NCBI GenBank assembly: GCA_965246855.1
Contig: CBDFFP010000008.1
Location: 1,756 to 65,755 of the forward strand
Origin: Chitinophagaceae bacterium
GTDB taxonomy: Bacteria > Bacteroidota > Bacteroidia > Chitinophagales > Chitinophagaceae
DNA: 64,000 nucleotides
Direction of reading: 5' to 3'
The notes beneath the pieces were generated by a model. It was given only the letters and a program-made list of their open reading frames with translations, was not told the origin of the DNA and searched no databases. This document shows, one piece after another, positions 24,584 to 34,505 of the stretch (position 1 is the first letter of the stretch; each line of letters starts with the position of its first letter). Position numbers and translations under genes: made by a program.

Positions 24584-27556
24584 ATGATTAAAAAACTACT
24601 TTTTTCGTCGCTGTTTTTGTTGGTAAACATGGCGGGCCTGCGTGCGCAGGCCCCAGTTACGATTATAAGTCCGGTCACCAACAATGGTGGTTTTGAGAGC
24701 GCAACAGCTACGCCGTGGGTAATCGTGAATGGCTCCCAGACCAACAAGTGGGTAATATCCACCAACGCTACGCCGGGGTTTAGCGGAACGAGAGCGGCCT
24801 ACGTCAGCGATGGCACCGTAACGCCTTTCCCGCATACTTACACCTTCACGTCCTCCACCAGTGTTTATCTGTATCAGGACGTAACCTTCCCGGCAGGAAA
24901 TACCGGCCCTTTCACGTTGAGTTTTAAAGCCATTCAGGCTGGAGAAACCAACTTCGACCAGGCAGTGGTGTACATGTCTACCGGCACGCCGGGCACGCCG
25001 CCTACGGCAGGCACTTCTCCCGGCCCCATCGCGTCTCAATCAGCACTGGCAGGCTTTCAGCAGCTTTTTGTTGTTCCTTCACAGACAACGCCGGGCTGGC
25101 AGACCTACAGCATAAGTATTCCTTCTTCTGTTGTAGGCAATTCCGGCACGACCAGCAGCACGCGCCGGCTGATGTTCCGCTGGATGAGCGGAAGCACGCT
25201 GGGCACAAACCCGCCTATCGGCCTGGATGATGTTATGCTCGTTGCAGGCTGCGCAGGTGCCAATATCACACAAGGGCCAACCACCAGCCCAACCACCTGC
25301 ACCGGAACAGACGGAACCATCACGATTAACAACCTGAGTACGAGTGCCGGCGTCACTTACACGCTTCAATACCGCCGCAACGGTGTGCCCGTCAGCGTAC
25401 CGGGCATCTCCCCAAGCCTTGCCGGAACGTATACCATCAGCAACCTGAGCGCAGCGTATTACGACAGCATCAGCGTAGTGGAGACGGGCGGTTGCCAAAG
25501 CAATTTTATTGGCCCGGTAACACTTACCACTGTGGGTTCTCCGGTAGCGCCCACCGCAAGCGCAAACAATCCGGTTTGCCTTGGCAGTACCCTGACGCTG
25601 ACAGTATCAAACCCCAATGCGGCCTCTACCTACAATTGGTTTGGCCCCAACGGATTTACCGCCACGGGTAGCACTGTTACCCGCAACAACATTGGCTATT
25701 CCGACACCGGCACTTACTATGTAACCGCGACCAATGCCTCTGGCTGCGTTTCTGCACCACGCGCGGTGGTAGTAAACATTACACCGCCTTCTCCGGATCC
25801 TACTGCAAACCCGCAGTCTTTCTGCCAGAACTCTTCGGGCCGCAATCTGGTTGCTTTTGGTTCTACTCTGCTTTTCTACACCGCCCCTACAGGCGGAACC
25901 GGTACATCCTCGCTTGCGCCCAACACGTCCACCGCAGGGAACTTCACCTACTACGTTACCCAAAATACCACAGGCTGTCCCAGCCAGCCGCGTACCCCGA
26001 TTGCAGTAACCATCACACCTATTCCAACCGCTCCGCTGGTTCCTTACGATACAGTGGAATATTGCCAGTTTACCAATCCATCGCCCCTGCTTTCCTACGC
26101 TACCAATCCGAAATTCTATACAAACGCTATTGGTGGCTTTGGCTCTTCCTCCTTAACGCCTTCTACTGCCAACCCCGGCAAGACGACGTTCTACGTTTCG
26201 CAAACCGTGAATGGCTGTGAAAGTCCACGCACGCCTATCCTGGTGGTTGTATATCCAAAACCTGCGCCGCCTACGGTTACCAGTCCGGTTAACCTTTGCC
26301 AGAACACGACCCCGCAACCGCTGACTGCACAAGGACAAAATCTGCTGTGGTATGATGTACCGACCGGCGGAACCGGCCTGAGTGTGCCTCCTTCACCGCC
26401 CACGGGAAGAGAAGCATCTTTTACCTATTATGTGGTGCAATCCATTAATGGTTGTGAAAGTGACCGTGTAGCCATACAGGTGAATGTGAACTACCAGCCC
26501 AATGCCACTTTCGTTCCAAGCAAAAACTATGTGTGCGTTGCAGACACCATCAGTTTTAGATATTTTGGCAATGCCCGGCCCGATGCCCAGTATAACTGGA
26601 CGGTGCCGCCTTCCGCACAAATCCTGAGCGGTAACAATACGCAAGGCCCACTCGTGGTTCGCTTCAACGATACGGGCATTTATGAAGTGCGCCTCGACGT
26701 GAACAACAAAGGCTGCGTCTCTAGCCCGGTCTTCCAACGCTTTGAGGTACGCTCCCGTCCCGAAGTGCGTATCAACGCCCGGCGCGAACTGTGTGTCGGG
26801 GAGGTTACAGAAATTACCCTTGATTCCCTCTCCGCCAATATCAGCTCCTTCAACTGGAGTTTTGGCGATGGCGAAGTGGTGTATAGCACACCACCCACAG
26901 GCCCTTACGGCGTTCGGTGGAACACTTCCGGTACCAAAACAATCTTCGTAAACACTGTCTCCCGCCAGTGCGGCTCTTTCCCCCGCGGCGAAGTATTTAC
27001 GGTGCGCCCGGCTCCTGCCGCATCCATCATCAACAAGCCTACCACCCCTTACTGCTCCGGCGACAGCATCCGCCTTCAGGCTACTGACCTCGGCCCCGGC
27101 TATTCTTATGAATGGTCGCCCGCCGGGCTGTTCCGCAGCTTTGAGCGCGCCGGAACCACTGTCTGGGCGATTGCTCCCGGTATCAACGTCGCGGCCATTT
27201 CCACAACCGATGTTACCTTAACGGTTACAGACACGCTCGGCTGTAAAGGGACAGATGCCGTTACCGTAACCTCCGCGCCCTGCTGCGGTGTGGCTTTTCC
27301 CAATGCCTTTACACCTAACGGAGATGGCACAAACGATCTGTTTAGCATCATCACCAACGGCAGACCGCAGATTTCTTCTTTCCGCATCTTCAACCGCATG
27401 GGCAACACCGTGTTTGAAACGGGCAATTCCCTGCTGGGCTGGGATGGTAATTCCGGTAGTGAACCACAACCGATGGGCGTGTACTATTACTACCTCAAAT
27501 ATCGCTGCGCCGGTAGAGATTATGAGACGAAGGGCGACATTACCCTTATCCGATAA
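24584..27556 (+). CDS. large Ig/PKD-like repeat surface protein with a gliding-motility-associated (T9SS type B, CHU_C-like) C-terminal domain
   Basis: Signal peptide. Repeated ~80-aa modules ending C(P/E)S.R. Terminal FPNAFTPNGDGTNDLF...GWDGN...GVYYYYLKY...GDITLIR is characteristic of the type B sorting domain. Confidence 0.8.
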   Translation: MIKKLLFSSLFLLVNMAGLRAQAPVTIISPVTNNGGFESATATPWVIVNGSQTNKWVISTNATPGFSGTRAAYVSDGTVTPFPHTYTFTSSTSVYLYQDVTFPAGNTGPFTLSFKAIQAGETNFDQAVVYMSTGTPGTPPTAGTSPGPIASQSALAGFQQLFVVPSQTTPGWQTYSISIPSSVVGNSGTTSSTRRLMFRWMSGSTLGTNPPIGLDDVMLVAGCAGANITQGPTTSPTTCTGTDGTITINNLSTSAGVTYTLQYRRNGVPVSVPGISPSLAGTYTISNLSAAYYDSISVVETGGCQSNFIGPVTLTTVGSPVAPTASANNPVCLGSTLTLTVSNPNAASTYNWFGPNGFTATGSTVTRNNIGYSDTGTYYVTATNASGCVSAPRAVVVNITPPSPDPTANPQSFCQNSSGRNLVAFGSTLLFYTAPTGGTGTSSLAPNTSTAGNFTYYVTQNTTGCPSQPRTPIAVTITPIPTAPLVPYDTVEYCQFTNPSPLLSYATNPKFYTNAIGGFGSSSLTPSTANPGKTTFYVSQTVNGCESPRTPILVVVYPKPAPPTVTSPVNLCQNTTPQPLTAQGQNLLWYDVPTGGTGLSVPPSPPTGREASFTYYVVQSINGCESDRVAIQVNVNYQPNATFVPSKNYVCVADTISFRYFGNARPDAQYNWTVPPSAQILSGNNTQGPLVVRFNDTGIYEVRLDVNNKGCVSSPVFQRFEVRSRPEVRINARRELCVGEVTEITLDSLSANISSFNWSFGDGEVVYSTPPTGPYGVRWNTSGTKTIFVNTVSRQCGSFPRGEVFTVRPAPAASIINKPTTPYCSGDSIRLQATDLGPGYSYEWSPAGLFRSFERAGTTVWAIAPGINVAAISTTDVTLTVTDTLGCKGTDAVTVTSAPCCGVAFPNAFTPNGDGTNDLFSIITNGRPQISSFRIFNRMGNTVFETGNSLLGWDGNSGSEPQPMGVYYYYLKYRCAGRDYETKGDITLIR

Positions 27557-27578
27557 TACCGGTTCCAAACACAGAAGT

Positions 27579-27612
27579 AAAAAGCAGTGCAGCATCTTTG
27601 CACTGCTTTTTT
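27579..27612 (+). terminator. rho-independent terminator
   Basis: aaagcagtgca-gcatctt-tgcactgcttttttg. Confidence 0.7.
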
Positions 27613-27649
27613 GTTTCCTGTCTGGCCTTGTTTTTATACCTTCCTGCCA

Positions 27650-28579
27650 ATGCTAAAAATCAATCGTACTGCGCTTTTCTCTGCCGCCGGTGGTGCTGTA
27701 GGCGGCTTGCTCGTGGCGTCCCTGCTGGGCTTCTCGCCCGACAAGGGCGATGGCCTCACCAATGTGCTTTCCGATGGGCGGCTGCAATACAAATGGTACG
27801 CCCCGCAGCTTCCGCAGCAAATAACCTTTGCCGGAGAAAAAGTGCCGCTGGAAAAGCGCGACGTGCGCGAAGCTCTTGACCGCGAACTGATTGCCAACTA
27901 CTACGGCCAAACAGGAACTATCTACGCCCTGAAGCTCGCGGGCCGCTGGTTTCCCGTTATTGAGCCGAAGCTGAAAGCCGCCGGTATCCCCGACGATTTC
28001 AAATACCTCTGCATTGCCGAAAGCCACCTTCAAAACCAAACGTCCAAAGCGGGCGCGGTAGGCTTCTGGCAGTTTATGCCCGGCACGGCCCCGCAATACG
28101 GCTTGGAAGTGAGCGACGACGTGGATCAGCGCTACGATGTAGGCAAAGCCACCGACGCAGCCTGTCAGTATTTCCGGCAGGCCTACGCGCGCTTTGGCAA
28201 CTGGACGGCGGCGGCGGCTTCCTACAACTGCGGCATGGGCGGCTACAGCGGCTTCACCTCGGCGCAGGGCCAAAGCTCTTTCTACAACACGCTTTTCCTC
28301 GACGAAACCAACCGCTACGTCTTCCGCATTCTGGCCCTGAAACACCTCATCGGCAACGCGCGCGGAATGGGCTTTATGGTGGAAGGCACAGATGCCTACA
28401 AGCCCGTTCCGGTGCGGAAAATCACGGTCACTTCCTCCATCTCCAACCTCGCGCAATGGGCTTCCCAAAACGGCACCACCTACAAAGCCGTGAAGCAACA
28501 AAACCCGTGGCTGCGCTCCAAATCCCTGAGCGTTTCCGGGGGCAAGAGCTACGAGATAGAAATCCCCACCGACTTATAA
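27650..28579 (+). CDS. lytic transglycosylase (SLT domain) protein with an N-terminal membrane anchor
   Basis: CIAESHLQNQTSKAGAVGFWQFMPGTA (catalytic E-S and GLMQ-like motif) and AASYNCGMGG. Confidence 0.8.
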   Translation: MLKINRTALFSAAGGAVGGLLVASLLGFSPDKGDGLTNVLSDGRLQYKWYAPQLPQQITFAGEKVPLEKRDVREALDRELIANYYGQTGTIYALKLAGRWFPVIEPKLKAAGIPDDFKYLCIAESHLQNQTSKAGAVGFWQFMPGTAPQYGLEVSDDVDQRYDVGKATDAACQYFRQAYARFGNWTAAAASYNCGMGGYSGFTSAQGQSSFYNTLFLDETNRYVFRILALKHLIGNARGMGFMVEGTDAYKPVPVRKITVTSSISNLAQWASQNGTTYKAVKQQNPWLRSKSLSVSGGKSYEIEIPTDL

Positions 28580-28601
28580 GGCTACCTCTTGTTTCCCCCC
28601 C

Positions 28602-28638
28602 AAACCTATAAGGTCTTCAAGACTTTATAGGTTTTTTT
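28602..28638 (+). terminator. rho-independent terminator
   Basis: aaacctataaggtc-ttcaa-gactttataggttttttt. Confidence 0.7.
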
Positions 28639-28653
28639 AGGCGATCACACAGG

Positions 28654-29682
28654 ATGTCCCTATCCAGAATGGAAACCCCTTTCCCCCTGACTGCCGCAAA
28701 GCGCGAAGCCGACCTGCGCCGGGTGCAGCGCCTGATAGCGGGCGTCTCGGCAGCGCTGTTTGCCGTGAAGCTGGGCGCGTGGTTCCTCACGCATTCTGTC
28801 ACGATTCTCACCGATGCGCTGGAAAGCATTGCCAACGTAGCCGCCGGTTTCATTGGCCTCTACAGCCTGCGCATTGCCGCCAAGCCGCGCGACGTAGATC
28901 ACCCTTACGGCCACGCCAAAGCCGAACTGATTTCGGCGGGAATTGAGGGTCTCCTGATTTCCGTTGCAGGTGTGCTGGTGATGTACAGCGCCGCCGTGCA
29001 GCTTTTTCGTCCACAAGAATTCCGGGCGCTGGACATAGGTATTCTCCTCATTGCCGCTACCGGCGCGCTCAATTATCTGCTGGGAATCTATGCCGTCCGC
29101 AAAGGGCAGGCGCAGAAGTCTCTGGTGGTGGAAAGCGCCGGAAAACACCTGAAGTCAGATGCCTACAGCTCGGTGGGCGCGCTGGTAGGGCTGGGATTAA
29201 TTTACTATACCGGCTGGCGCTGGCTGGACAGCGCGGTTGCCGCCCTATTCGGCATCGTGATTCTGGTGACGGGCTACCGCGTTATCCGCGCTGCTTTTGC
29301 GGGCATTATGGACGAAGCCGACCTGCCGTTGCTTACGCAAATCCTCCAGAAACTCCAATCTGCCCGCCGTCCGCGCTGGATAGACCTCCACAATTTGCGC
29401 GTGGTGCAATACGGCGATAAAGTCCACTTGGACGCCCACATGACCTTGCCGTGGTACGACACGGTGCAGCAAGCCGACGAAGAAATCCACGCCTTGGAAG
29501 CCGTTATCCGGGAGAATTTTGGCGACACGGCGGAGCTTTTCATCCATATCGATGCCTGCCAGCCATATCAGTGCAAGCTATGCCGCGTGGAAAGTTGTCC
29601 CGTGCGGCAAGAAGGTTTTAAAGAACTGATTCCCTGGACGCTGGAGACCGTTTGGGAAGACGCGAAGCACGGGAAAGAGTAG
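28654..29682 (+). CDS. cation diffusion facilitator (CDF) family metal efflux transporter
   Basis: LTDALESIANVAAGFIGL, DHPYGHAKAELI, SDAYSSVG, and a C-terminal cytoplasmic domain followed by a Cys-rich tail CQPYQCKLCRVESC. Confidence 0.9.
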   Translation: MSLSRMETPFPLTAAKREADLRRVQRLIAGVSAALFAVKLGAWFLTHSVTILTDALESIANVAAGFIGLYSLRIAAKPRDVDHPYGHAKAELISAGIEGLLISVAGVLVMYSAAVQLFRPQEFRALDIGILLIAATGALNYLLGIYAVRKGQAQKSLVVESAGKHLKSDAYSSVGALVGLGLIYYTGWRWLDSAVAALFGIVILVTGYRVIRAAFAGIMDEADLPLLTQILQKLQSARRPRWIDLHNLRVVQYGDKVHLDAHMTLPWYDTVQQADEEIHALEAVIRENFGDTAELFIHIDACQPYQCKLCRVESCPVRQEGFKELIPWTLETVWEDAKHGKE

Positions 29683-29734
29683 GAAATGCTTGTCTTTTCA
29701 TCCTTTTGAAGTGTTCTTATTAACAAAATGGTCC

Positions 29735-29935
29735 CGTCAAGCCTTCGGGAAGTCATTTCAACCCCTGCCACGGGCCGCCGAAGGTTTCGGGACGCCGTGG
29801 CCCAACGTCCATGAGCTGCTGGCGGCTTCGGGAAGTCGTGGCCCGACGTCCACGGGCCGCTGGAGGCTTCGGGGAGCCGTGGTCCAATGTCCACGAGCCG
29901 CTGGAGGCTTCGGGAAGCCATGGTATCAAATTCCA
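29735..29935. repeat. tandem array D: five units of 41-42 bp
   Basis: The anchor ttcggg occurs at 29744, 29786, 29827, 29868 and 29909. The unit resembles gtccacgggccgctggaggcttcgggaagccgtggcccaac. Confidence 0.75.
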
Positions 29936-29973
29936 TGACAATACAAGAGGAAATTAGGATGCTTTGTGGAGCA

Positions 29974-30444
29974 TTAACGCGATGAAATAGCGGACGCCTT
30001 CCATTCATCTTCTGCCCATGGCCCGTTGTCCGCCGCTGCGGTTGCCAACTGGTCGCAGCGGTTGTTCAGCGGGTTTTCGGCGTGGCCTTTCACCCAGACA
30101 AACCGCACGCGGTGCGCCTGCTGAAGCGCGTGGTAGCGCCGCCACAGGTCGGGGTTTTTCTTGTCTTTAAAATCCTTCCGTATCCAGTTGAAAAGCCAGC
30201 CCTTTTCCACTGCATCCACCACATACTTGGAGTCGCTGTAAATGGTAACGTCCAAGCCGTTGCGCGTCAGGGCTTCCAGCCCGGCGATGACGGCCATCAA
30301 TTCCATGCGGTTGTTGGTGGTGTGGCGGAAAGCGCCGCTGATTTCCCGCCTTTTCTCGCCCCAGATCAGAATCGTCCCAAAGCCGCCGCGCCCCGGATTG
30401 CCGCGCGCCGCGCCGTCGGTGTACATCAGAAGTTGGGAAGCCAT
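29974..30444 (-). CDS. rnhA: ribonuclease HI
   Basis: MYTDGAARGNPGRGGFG, TTNNRMELMAVIAGLEAL, IYSDSKYVV, VKGHAENPLNNRCDQLA. Confidence 0.9.
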   Translation of the reverse strand: MASQLLMYTDGAARGNPGRGGFGTILIWGEKRREISGAFRHTTNNRMELMAVIAGLEALTRNGLDVTIYSDSKYVVDAVEKGWLFNWIRKDFKDKKNPDLWRRYHALQQAHRVRFVWVKGHAENPLNNRCDQLATAAADNGPWAEDEWKASAISSR

Positions 30445-30521
30445 AAAACAGGGGCGCAAAGCTATAGCGCGCCCGCGCGCCTTCCCGCTACCTTTGCGCC
30501 CGCCGAAAAAGCCGCTTTGTT

Positions 30522-31256
30522 TTGAAAGATAAAATCCGCGTTGCTGCCGTTAATTACCTCAATGCCAAGCCCTTGTTGTGGGGACTGGAACACCACCCGG
30601 TTTCGGAAGACATCTTGTGGTGCAATGATTATCCTGCCCGCGTAGCCGATGCTTTGCGCGAAGGCCGGGCCGATATTGCGCTATTGCCGATAGCCGCCAT
30701 ACCAACAATTCCGGGCAGCTATGTGGTGGGGAATTACGGCATTGCCGCGCATGGAAATGTAGTGTCCGTTGCGCTGTTCAGCCAGGTGCCGCTGGAGGAA
30801 ATAGAAGCCGTGTATCTGGATTATCAAAGCAGGACATCCGTGCGCCTCGCGCAGTTGCTTTTGCGGGATTTCTGGAAGAAAGAGGCACAATTCCTCCCTG
30901 CGCCGGAAGATTATATTTCCCGCATCGGCGGCACCGCGGCAGGCGTGATTATCGGAGACCGCGCGCTGGTGCAGCTCCCGCATTTCCCCTACGTTTACGA
31001 CCTTTCTAAGGCGTGGCAGCAGTGGCAGGGATTGCCGTTTGTATTTGCCGCGTGGATCGCCCGCGCGCCGCTGCCGGAGGATTTCATCCGCGCTTTTGAC
31101 GAAGCGCAGGCGCAGGGCCTGCAACATCTGGATGAGGTGATTGCCGCAAATCCTTTCCCGCCTTACAGCCTGCGGACGTACTACACGGAGAACATCGTGT
31201 ATAGGTTAGGCGCGGAAGAGCGGAAGGGAATGGAAAGGTTTTTAGGGATGCTATAA
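30522..31256 (+). CDS. mqnA: chorismate dehydratase (futalosine pathway)
   Basis: IRVAAVNYLNAKPLLWGL, ALLPIAA and GLPFVFAAW give an MqnA-like periplasmic-binding fold pattern. TTG start. Confidence 0.75.
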   Translation: MKDKIRVAAVNYLNAKPLLWGLEHHPVSEDILWCNDYPARVADALREGRADIALLPIAAIPTIPGSYVVGNYGIAAHGNVVSVALFSQVPLEEIEAVYLDYQSRTSVRLAQLLLRDFWKKEAQFLPAPEDYISRIGGTAAGVIIGDRALVQLPHFPYVYDLSKAWQQWQGLPFVFAAWIARAPLPEDFIRAFDEAQAQGLQHLDEVIAANPFPPYSLRTYYTENIVYRLGAEERKGMERFLGML

Positions 31257-31293
31257 CCCTCGCATGGCAACCCGTTACGCCCAATAGCATTCC

Positions 31294-31395
31294 GTCATCC
31301 CGAACCCTGACGCAGGAAGGGGAGGGAACTGCTGAAATCAAGTGGTTAAGCTTAGGCAACCGCATCCAAACAGGTTCTTCCTTCGTCGGAATGAC
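31294..31395. repeat. MITE/REP-like element with gtcat(c/t)ccga termini in inverted orientation
   Basis: gtcatcccgaaccctgacgcaggaagggg ... ttcttccttcgtcggaatgac. Confidence 0.5.
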
Positions 31396-31426
31396 TGGCC
31401 TTGATTAGGCTGATTTTTGGCAAGGC

Positions 31427-31744
31427 TTAAACCACCACCGCCGTGCCCGACGTGCTCACCATCAGCATGGAGCCTCTTTCGCCCACCACTTCGTAGTCAA
31501 TATCAATCCCCACAATCGCGTTTGCGCCGAGGGCCGTTGCACGCTGCTGCATTTCCGAAAGGGCGGTTTCGCGGGCCTCGGCCAGCACGCGCTCGTAGGT
31601 GCCGGAGCGCCCGCCCACAAAGTCGCGGACAGCCGCCAGAAAATCCCGGAAAACATTGGCGCCGATAATGGTTTCGCCAAAAACAACGCCTTTGTATTCG
31701 CGGATAGCGCGGCCTTCGAGAGTAGGGGTGGTGGAGAGAAGCAT
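31427..31744 (-). CDS. YbjQ (UPF0145) family protein
   Basis: [20 protein letters not shown]...[13 protein letters not shown]. Confidence 0.85.
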   Translation of the reverse strand: MLLSTTPTLEGRAIREYKGVVFGETIIGANVFRDFLAAVRDFVGGRSGTYERVLAEARETALSEMQQRATALGANAIVGIDIDYEVVGERGSMLMVSTSGTAVVV

Positions 31745-31940
31745 GGTTACTAGTGATTAGTGGTGAGTGATAAATGATTAATGGAGCGTGGTAAAGGAGG
31801 AATTACGTTCCCCTTGCAATACTACAACCGACAACGAGGGCAGGACGAGTAATTGACGTGCAGAATTCAGCTATTCCACCATTGAGAAAGCGCATTTCCA
31901 CATTTTCCCATTCCCCACATTACCGCATTACTTTCGTCCC

Positions 31941-32801
31941 ATGAACGCTTCGCTTCAAATAGTAGAATGCCCGCGCGACGCCATGCAGGGCTGGGCGCAT
32001 TTCATCCCGACGGAAGAAAAGATTACCTACCTCAACAAGCTTTTGCGCTGCGGTTTCCCTATTCTGGACTGCGGCTCTTTTGTTTCCCCCAAAGCCATTC
32101 CGCAGATGCGCGACACGGCAGAAGTGCTTTCCCAAATAGACACCGGAAACAGCGCCACCAAACTGCTGGTGATCGTCGCCAACCGGCGCGGAATGGAAGA
32201 AGCGGCAGCAGTAGAGAAAGTGCATTATCTGGGTTTTCCGCTCTCTGTCTCCGAAACCTTTCAGCAGCGCAATACCAACAAAAGCATTGCCGAAGCGATG
32301 GACGACGTAAAGGCCATGCAGGAACTGTGTGAGGCGAACGGAAAAGAAGCAATGGTATATCTCTCCATGGGCTTTGGTAATCCTTACGGCGACCCGTATT
32401 CCCCCCAATATGTAGCAGAGCAGGCGGCCAATCTTGCCGCGCTGGGCGTGAAAAACATCTCCCTTGCTGACACCGTAGGCGTAGCGCAAACCGAAACGAT
32501 TACCGCGCTTTTTGAGCAGTTGATTCCCCAATTCCCCAACGTGGTTTTCTCCGCGCATTTCCATGCTACCCCTACCGACTGGCAATCCAAAGTAGAAGCC
32601 GCGTGGGCCGCAGGTTGTCGCCGCTTTGACAGCGCTATTGGCGGCATCGGCGGCTGCCCCATGGCGAAAGATGAACTGGTAGGCAACCTGGCGACGGAAA
32701 ATCTCTTGCGCTGGACAGAAGAAAAAGGCATTGAAACAGGAATAGATAAAGGTGCTTTCAGCGAAGCGGCTAATGCGGCGCGGATGGTTTTCGTGTCGTG
32801 A
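31941..32801 (+). CDS. hydroxymethylglutaryl-CoA lyase
   Basis: IVECPRDAMQG, GSFVSPKAIPQM, ISLADTVG, HFH...G, GGCPMA. Confidence 0.85.
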   Translation: MNASLQIVECPRDAMQGWAHFIPTEEKITYLNKLLRCGFPILDCGSFVSPKAIPQMRDTAEVLSQIDTGNSATKLLVIVANRRGMEEAAAVEKVHYLGFPLSVSETFQQRNTNKSIAEAMDDVKAMQELCEANGKEAMVYLSMGFGNPYGDPYSPQYVAEQAANLAALGVKNISLADTVGVAQTETITALFEQLIPQFPNVVFSAHFHATPTDWQSKVEAAWAAGCRRFDSAIGGIGGCPMAKDELVGNLATENLLRWTEEKGIETGIDKGAFSEAANAARMVFVS

Positions 32802-32842
32802 ATGTCTGTTCCATTAACCACTAATCATTAACCATTAGCTCC

Positions 32843-33658
32843 ATGTCTGTCCACAGCGAAATCAAAAAAGTAACCACCCACACACTGCAAGCGATGAAGA
32901 AGCGCGGCGAGCCAATTTCTATGCTCACCGCCTACGACTTCTCTATGGCGCGCGTGCTGGACGATGCCGGTATTGACGTGCTGCTGGTGGGCGACTCGGC
33001 ATCCAACGTGATGGCCGGCCATGAAACCACGCTACCCATCACGCTTGACCAGATGATCTACCACGCGCAAAGCGTGGTGCGGGCCGTGAATCGCGCACTC
33101 GTGGTGGTGGATTTGCCCTTCGGCTCCTATCAGGGCGATTCCAAGCAGGCGCTGCATTCGGCTATCCGCATCATGAAGGAATCCGGCGCGCACGCGATCA
33201 AATTGGAGGGTGGGGCAGAAGTGGAAGACAGCATCCGGCGCATCATCTCCGCAGGCGTTCCGGTGATGGGACATCTGGGCCTTACGCCGCAAAGCATCTA
33301 TCAGTTCGGGACCTATTCGGTGCGGGCAAAGGAAGAAGCGGAAGCGGCGCTGCTGGTAGAGAATGCGGCGTTGTTGGAGAAAGCAGGTTGCTTTTCGGTG
33401 GTGCTAGAAAAGATTCCGGCAGCATTGGGCACTAAGGTGGCACAGTCGGTTTCCATTCCCATTATCGGCATTGGCGCGGGTGGTGGTGTGGACGGACAAG
33501 TGCTGGTCATCCACGATTTGCTGGGTATCACCAAAGGCTTCTCGCCTCGCTTTCTGCGCCGCTATCTGGACTTGTATGAAGAGATGAAAGGTGCAGTAGA
33601 ACATTACATCAAGGACGTAAAGAGCAAGGACTTTCCAAGTGCGGAAGAGCAGTATTGA
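32843..33658 (+). CDS. panB: 3-methyl-2-oxobutanoate hydroxymethyltransferase
   Basis: [62 protein letters not shown]. Confidence 0.95.
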   Translation: MSVHSEIKKVTTHTLQAMKKRGEPISMLTAYDFSMARVLDDAGIDVLLVGDSASNVMAGHETTLPITLDQMIYHAQSVVRAVNRALVVVDLPFGSYQGDSKQALHSAIRIMKESGAHAIKLEGGAEVEDSIRRIISAGVPVMGHLGLTPQSIYQFGTYSVRAKEEAEAALLVENAALLEKAGCFSVVLEKIPAALGTKVAQSVSIPIIGIGAGGGVDGQVLVIHDLLGITKGFSPRFLRRYLDLYEEMKGAVEHYIKDVKSKDFPSAEEQY

Positions 33659-33691
33659 GTTAGGCGTTTGATGTTGGCACAAAAACAAAAC

Positions 33692-33721
33692 ACCCGTCCG
33701 GTTTTGGAAAACCAGACGGGT
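33692..33721. terminator. bidirectional terminator hairpin between panB and the OmpA-family gene
   Basis: acccgtccggttttggaaaaccagacgggt, preceded by an A-tract. Confidence 0.65.
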
Positions 33722-33775
33722 ATCTCTGTAAAAGGTGTTTGCAGATTAGAATACCTAACCTGTAGCGCCTGACAC

Positions 33776-34396
33776 TTACGCTTTGTGCGCTACGATTTTC
33801 ACGCGGCGGTCGGCTGCGTTAGCGCCGCCTGAAGCAGCAGCTTCGCCCATCGCGCTGATAGTTACTTTCTCGGCATTAAGGCCGTCAGCCATCAGTTGTG
33901 CACGAACGGCGTCGGCACGCTTCTTAGAAAGCTCTTGGTTGGCATCGGCTGCACCAGTAGCATCAGTGAACCCGATGATGCGGATGTCAGCCTCTTTGTA
34001 GCGTTGGTTGATGGAGCCTGCAACAGACTTCAGTTTCGTTTTCGCGGCGGGCGTCAGCGATGCAGAGCCGGTTGCGAAAAGCAAATCCTGACCGAGGCTG
34101 TAGATACCGTAACGGTCGTTGCCACGCACCTCAATGTCTTTGTCGCCGATTTCTTTCCAGTCGGTAACTACCGGGCTACGGAAGTCCACGTCGTCCCATG
34201 CGTCGGCTACTTTGTCGCCTGCGCGGTTCATTTTGTTTCCGGCACTATCGGCAAGGTCAGCAGCAGTTGGGTCGCCGTTGCGCATCAGTACACCGGTGTC
34301 TTCGCCCACTTTCGCTTCTTCAGCGGGCGTGGAGTTGCGGCAAGCGGTGAAGGTCAGCGCGAGAAGTGCGGCTGGAATCAGGAGGGTCTTTTTCAT
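33776..34396 (-). CDS. OmpA family lipoprotein
   Basis: Lipobox LTFTAC. OmpA_C motifs FATGSASL, IIGFTDATGAADANQELSKKRADAV. Confidence 0.85.
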   Translation of the reverse strand: MKKTLLIPAALLALTFTACRNSTPAEEAKVGEDTGVLMRNGDPTAADLADSAGNKMNRAGDKVADAWDDVDFRSPVVTDWKEIGDKDIEVRGNDRYGIYSLGQDLLFATGSASLTPAAKTKLKSVAGSINQRYKEADIRIIGFTDATGAADANQELSKKRADAVRAQLMADGLNAEKVTISAMGEAAASGGANAADRRVKIVAHKA

Positions 34397-34505
34397 GGGA
34401 GAGAAAATTTTTAGGAAAGAAGAGAAGAAAGAAAAAATGCGGACGGTATGAAGTCATCCGCCCGCATTTTGTGTTGGGTAATTTCAGCTTAAAGATAGCC
34501 GGATA

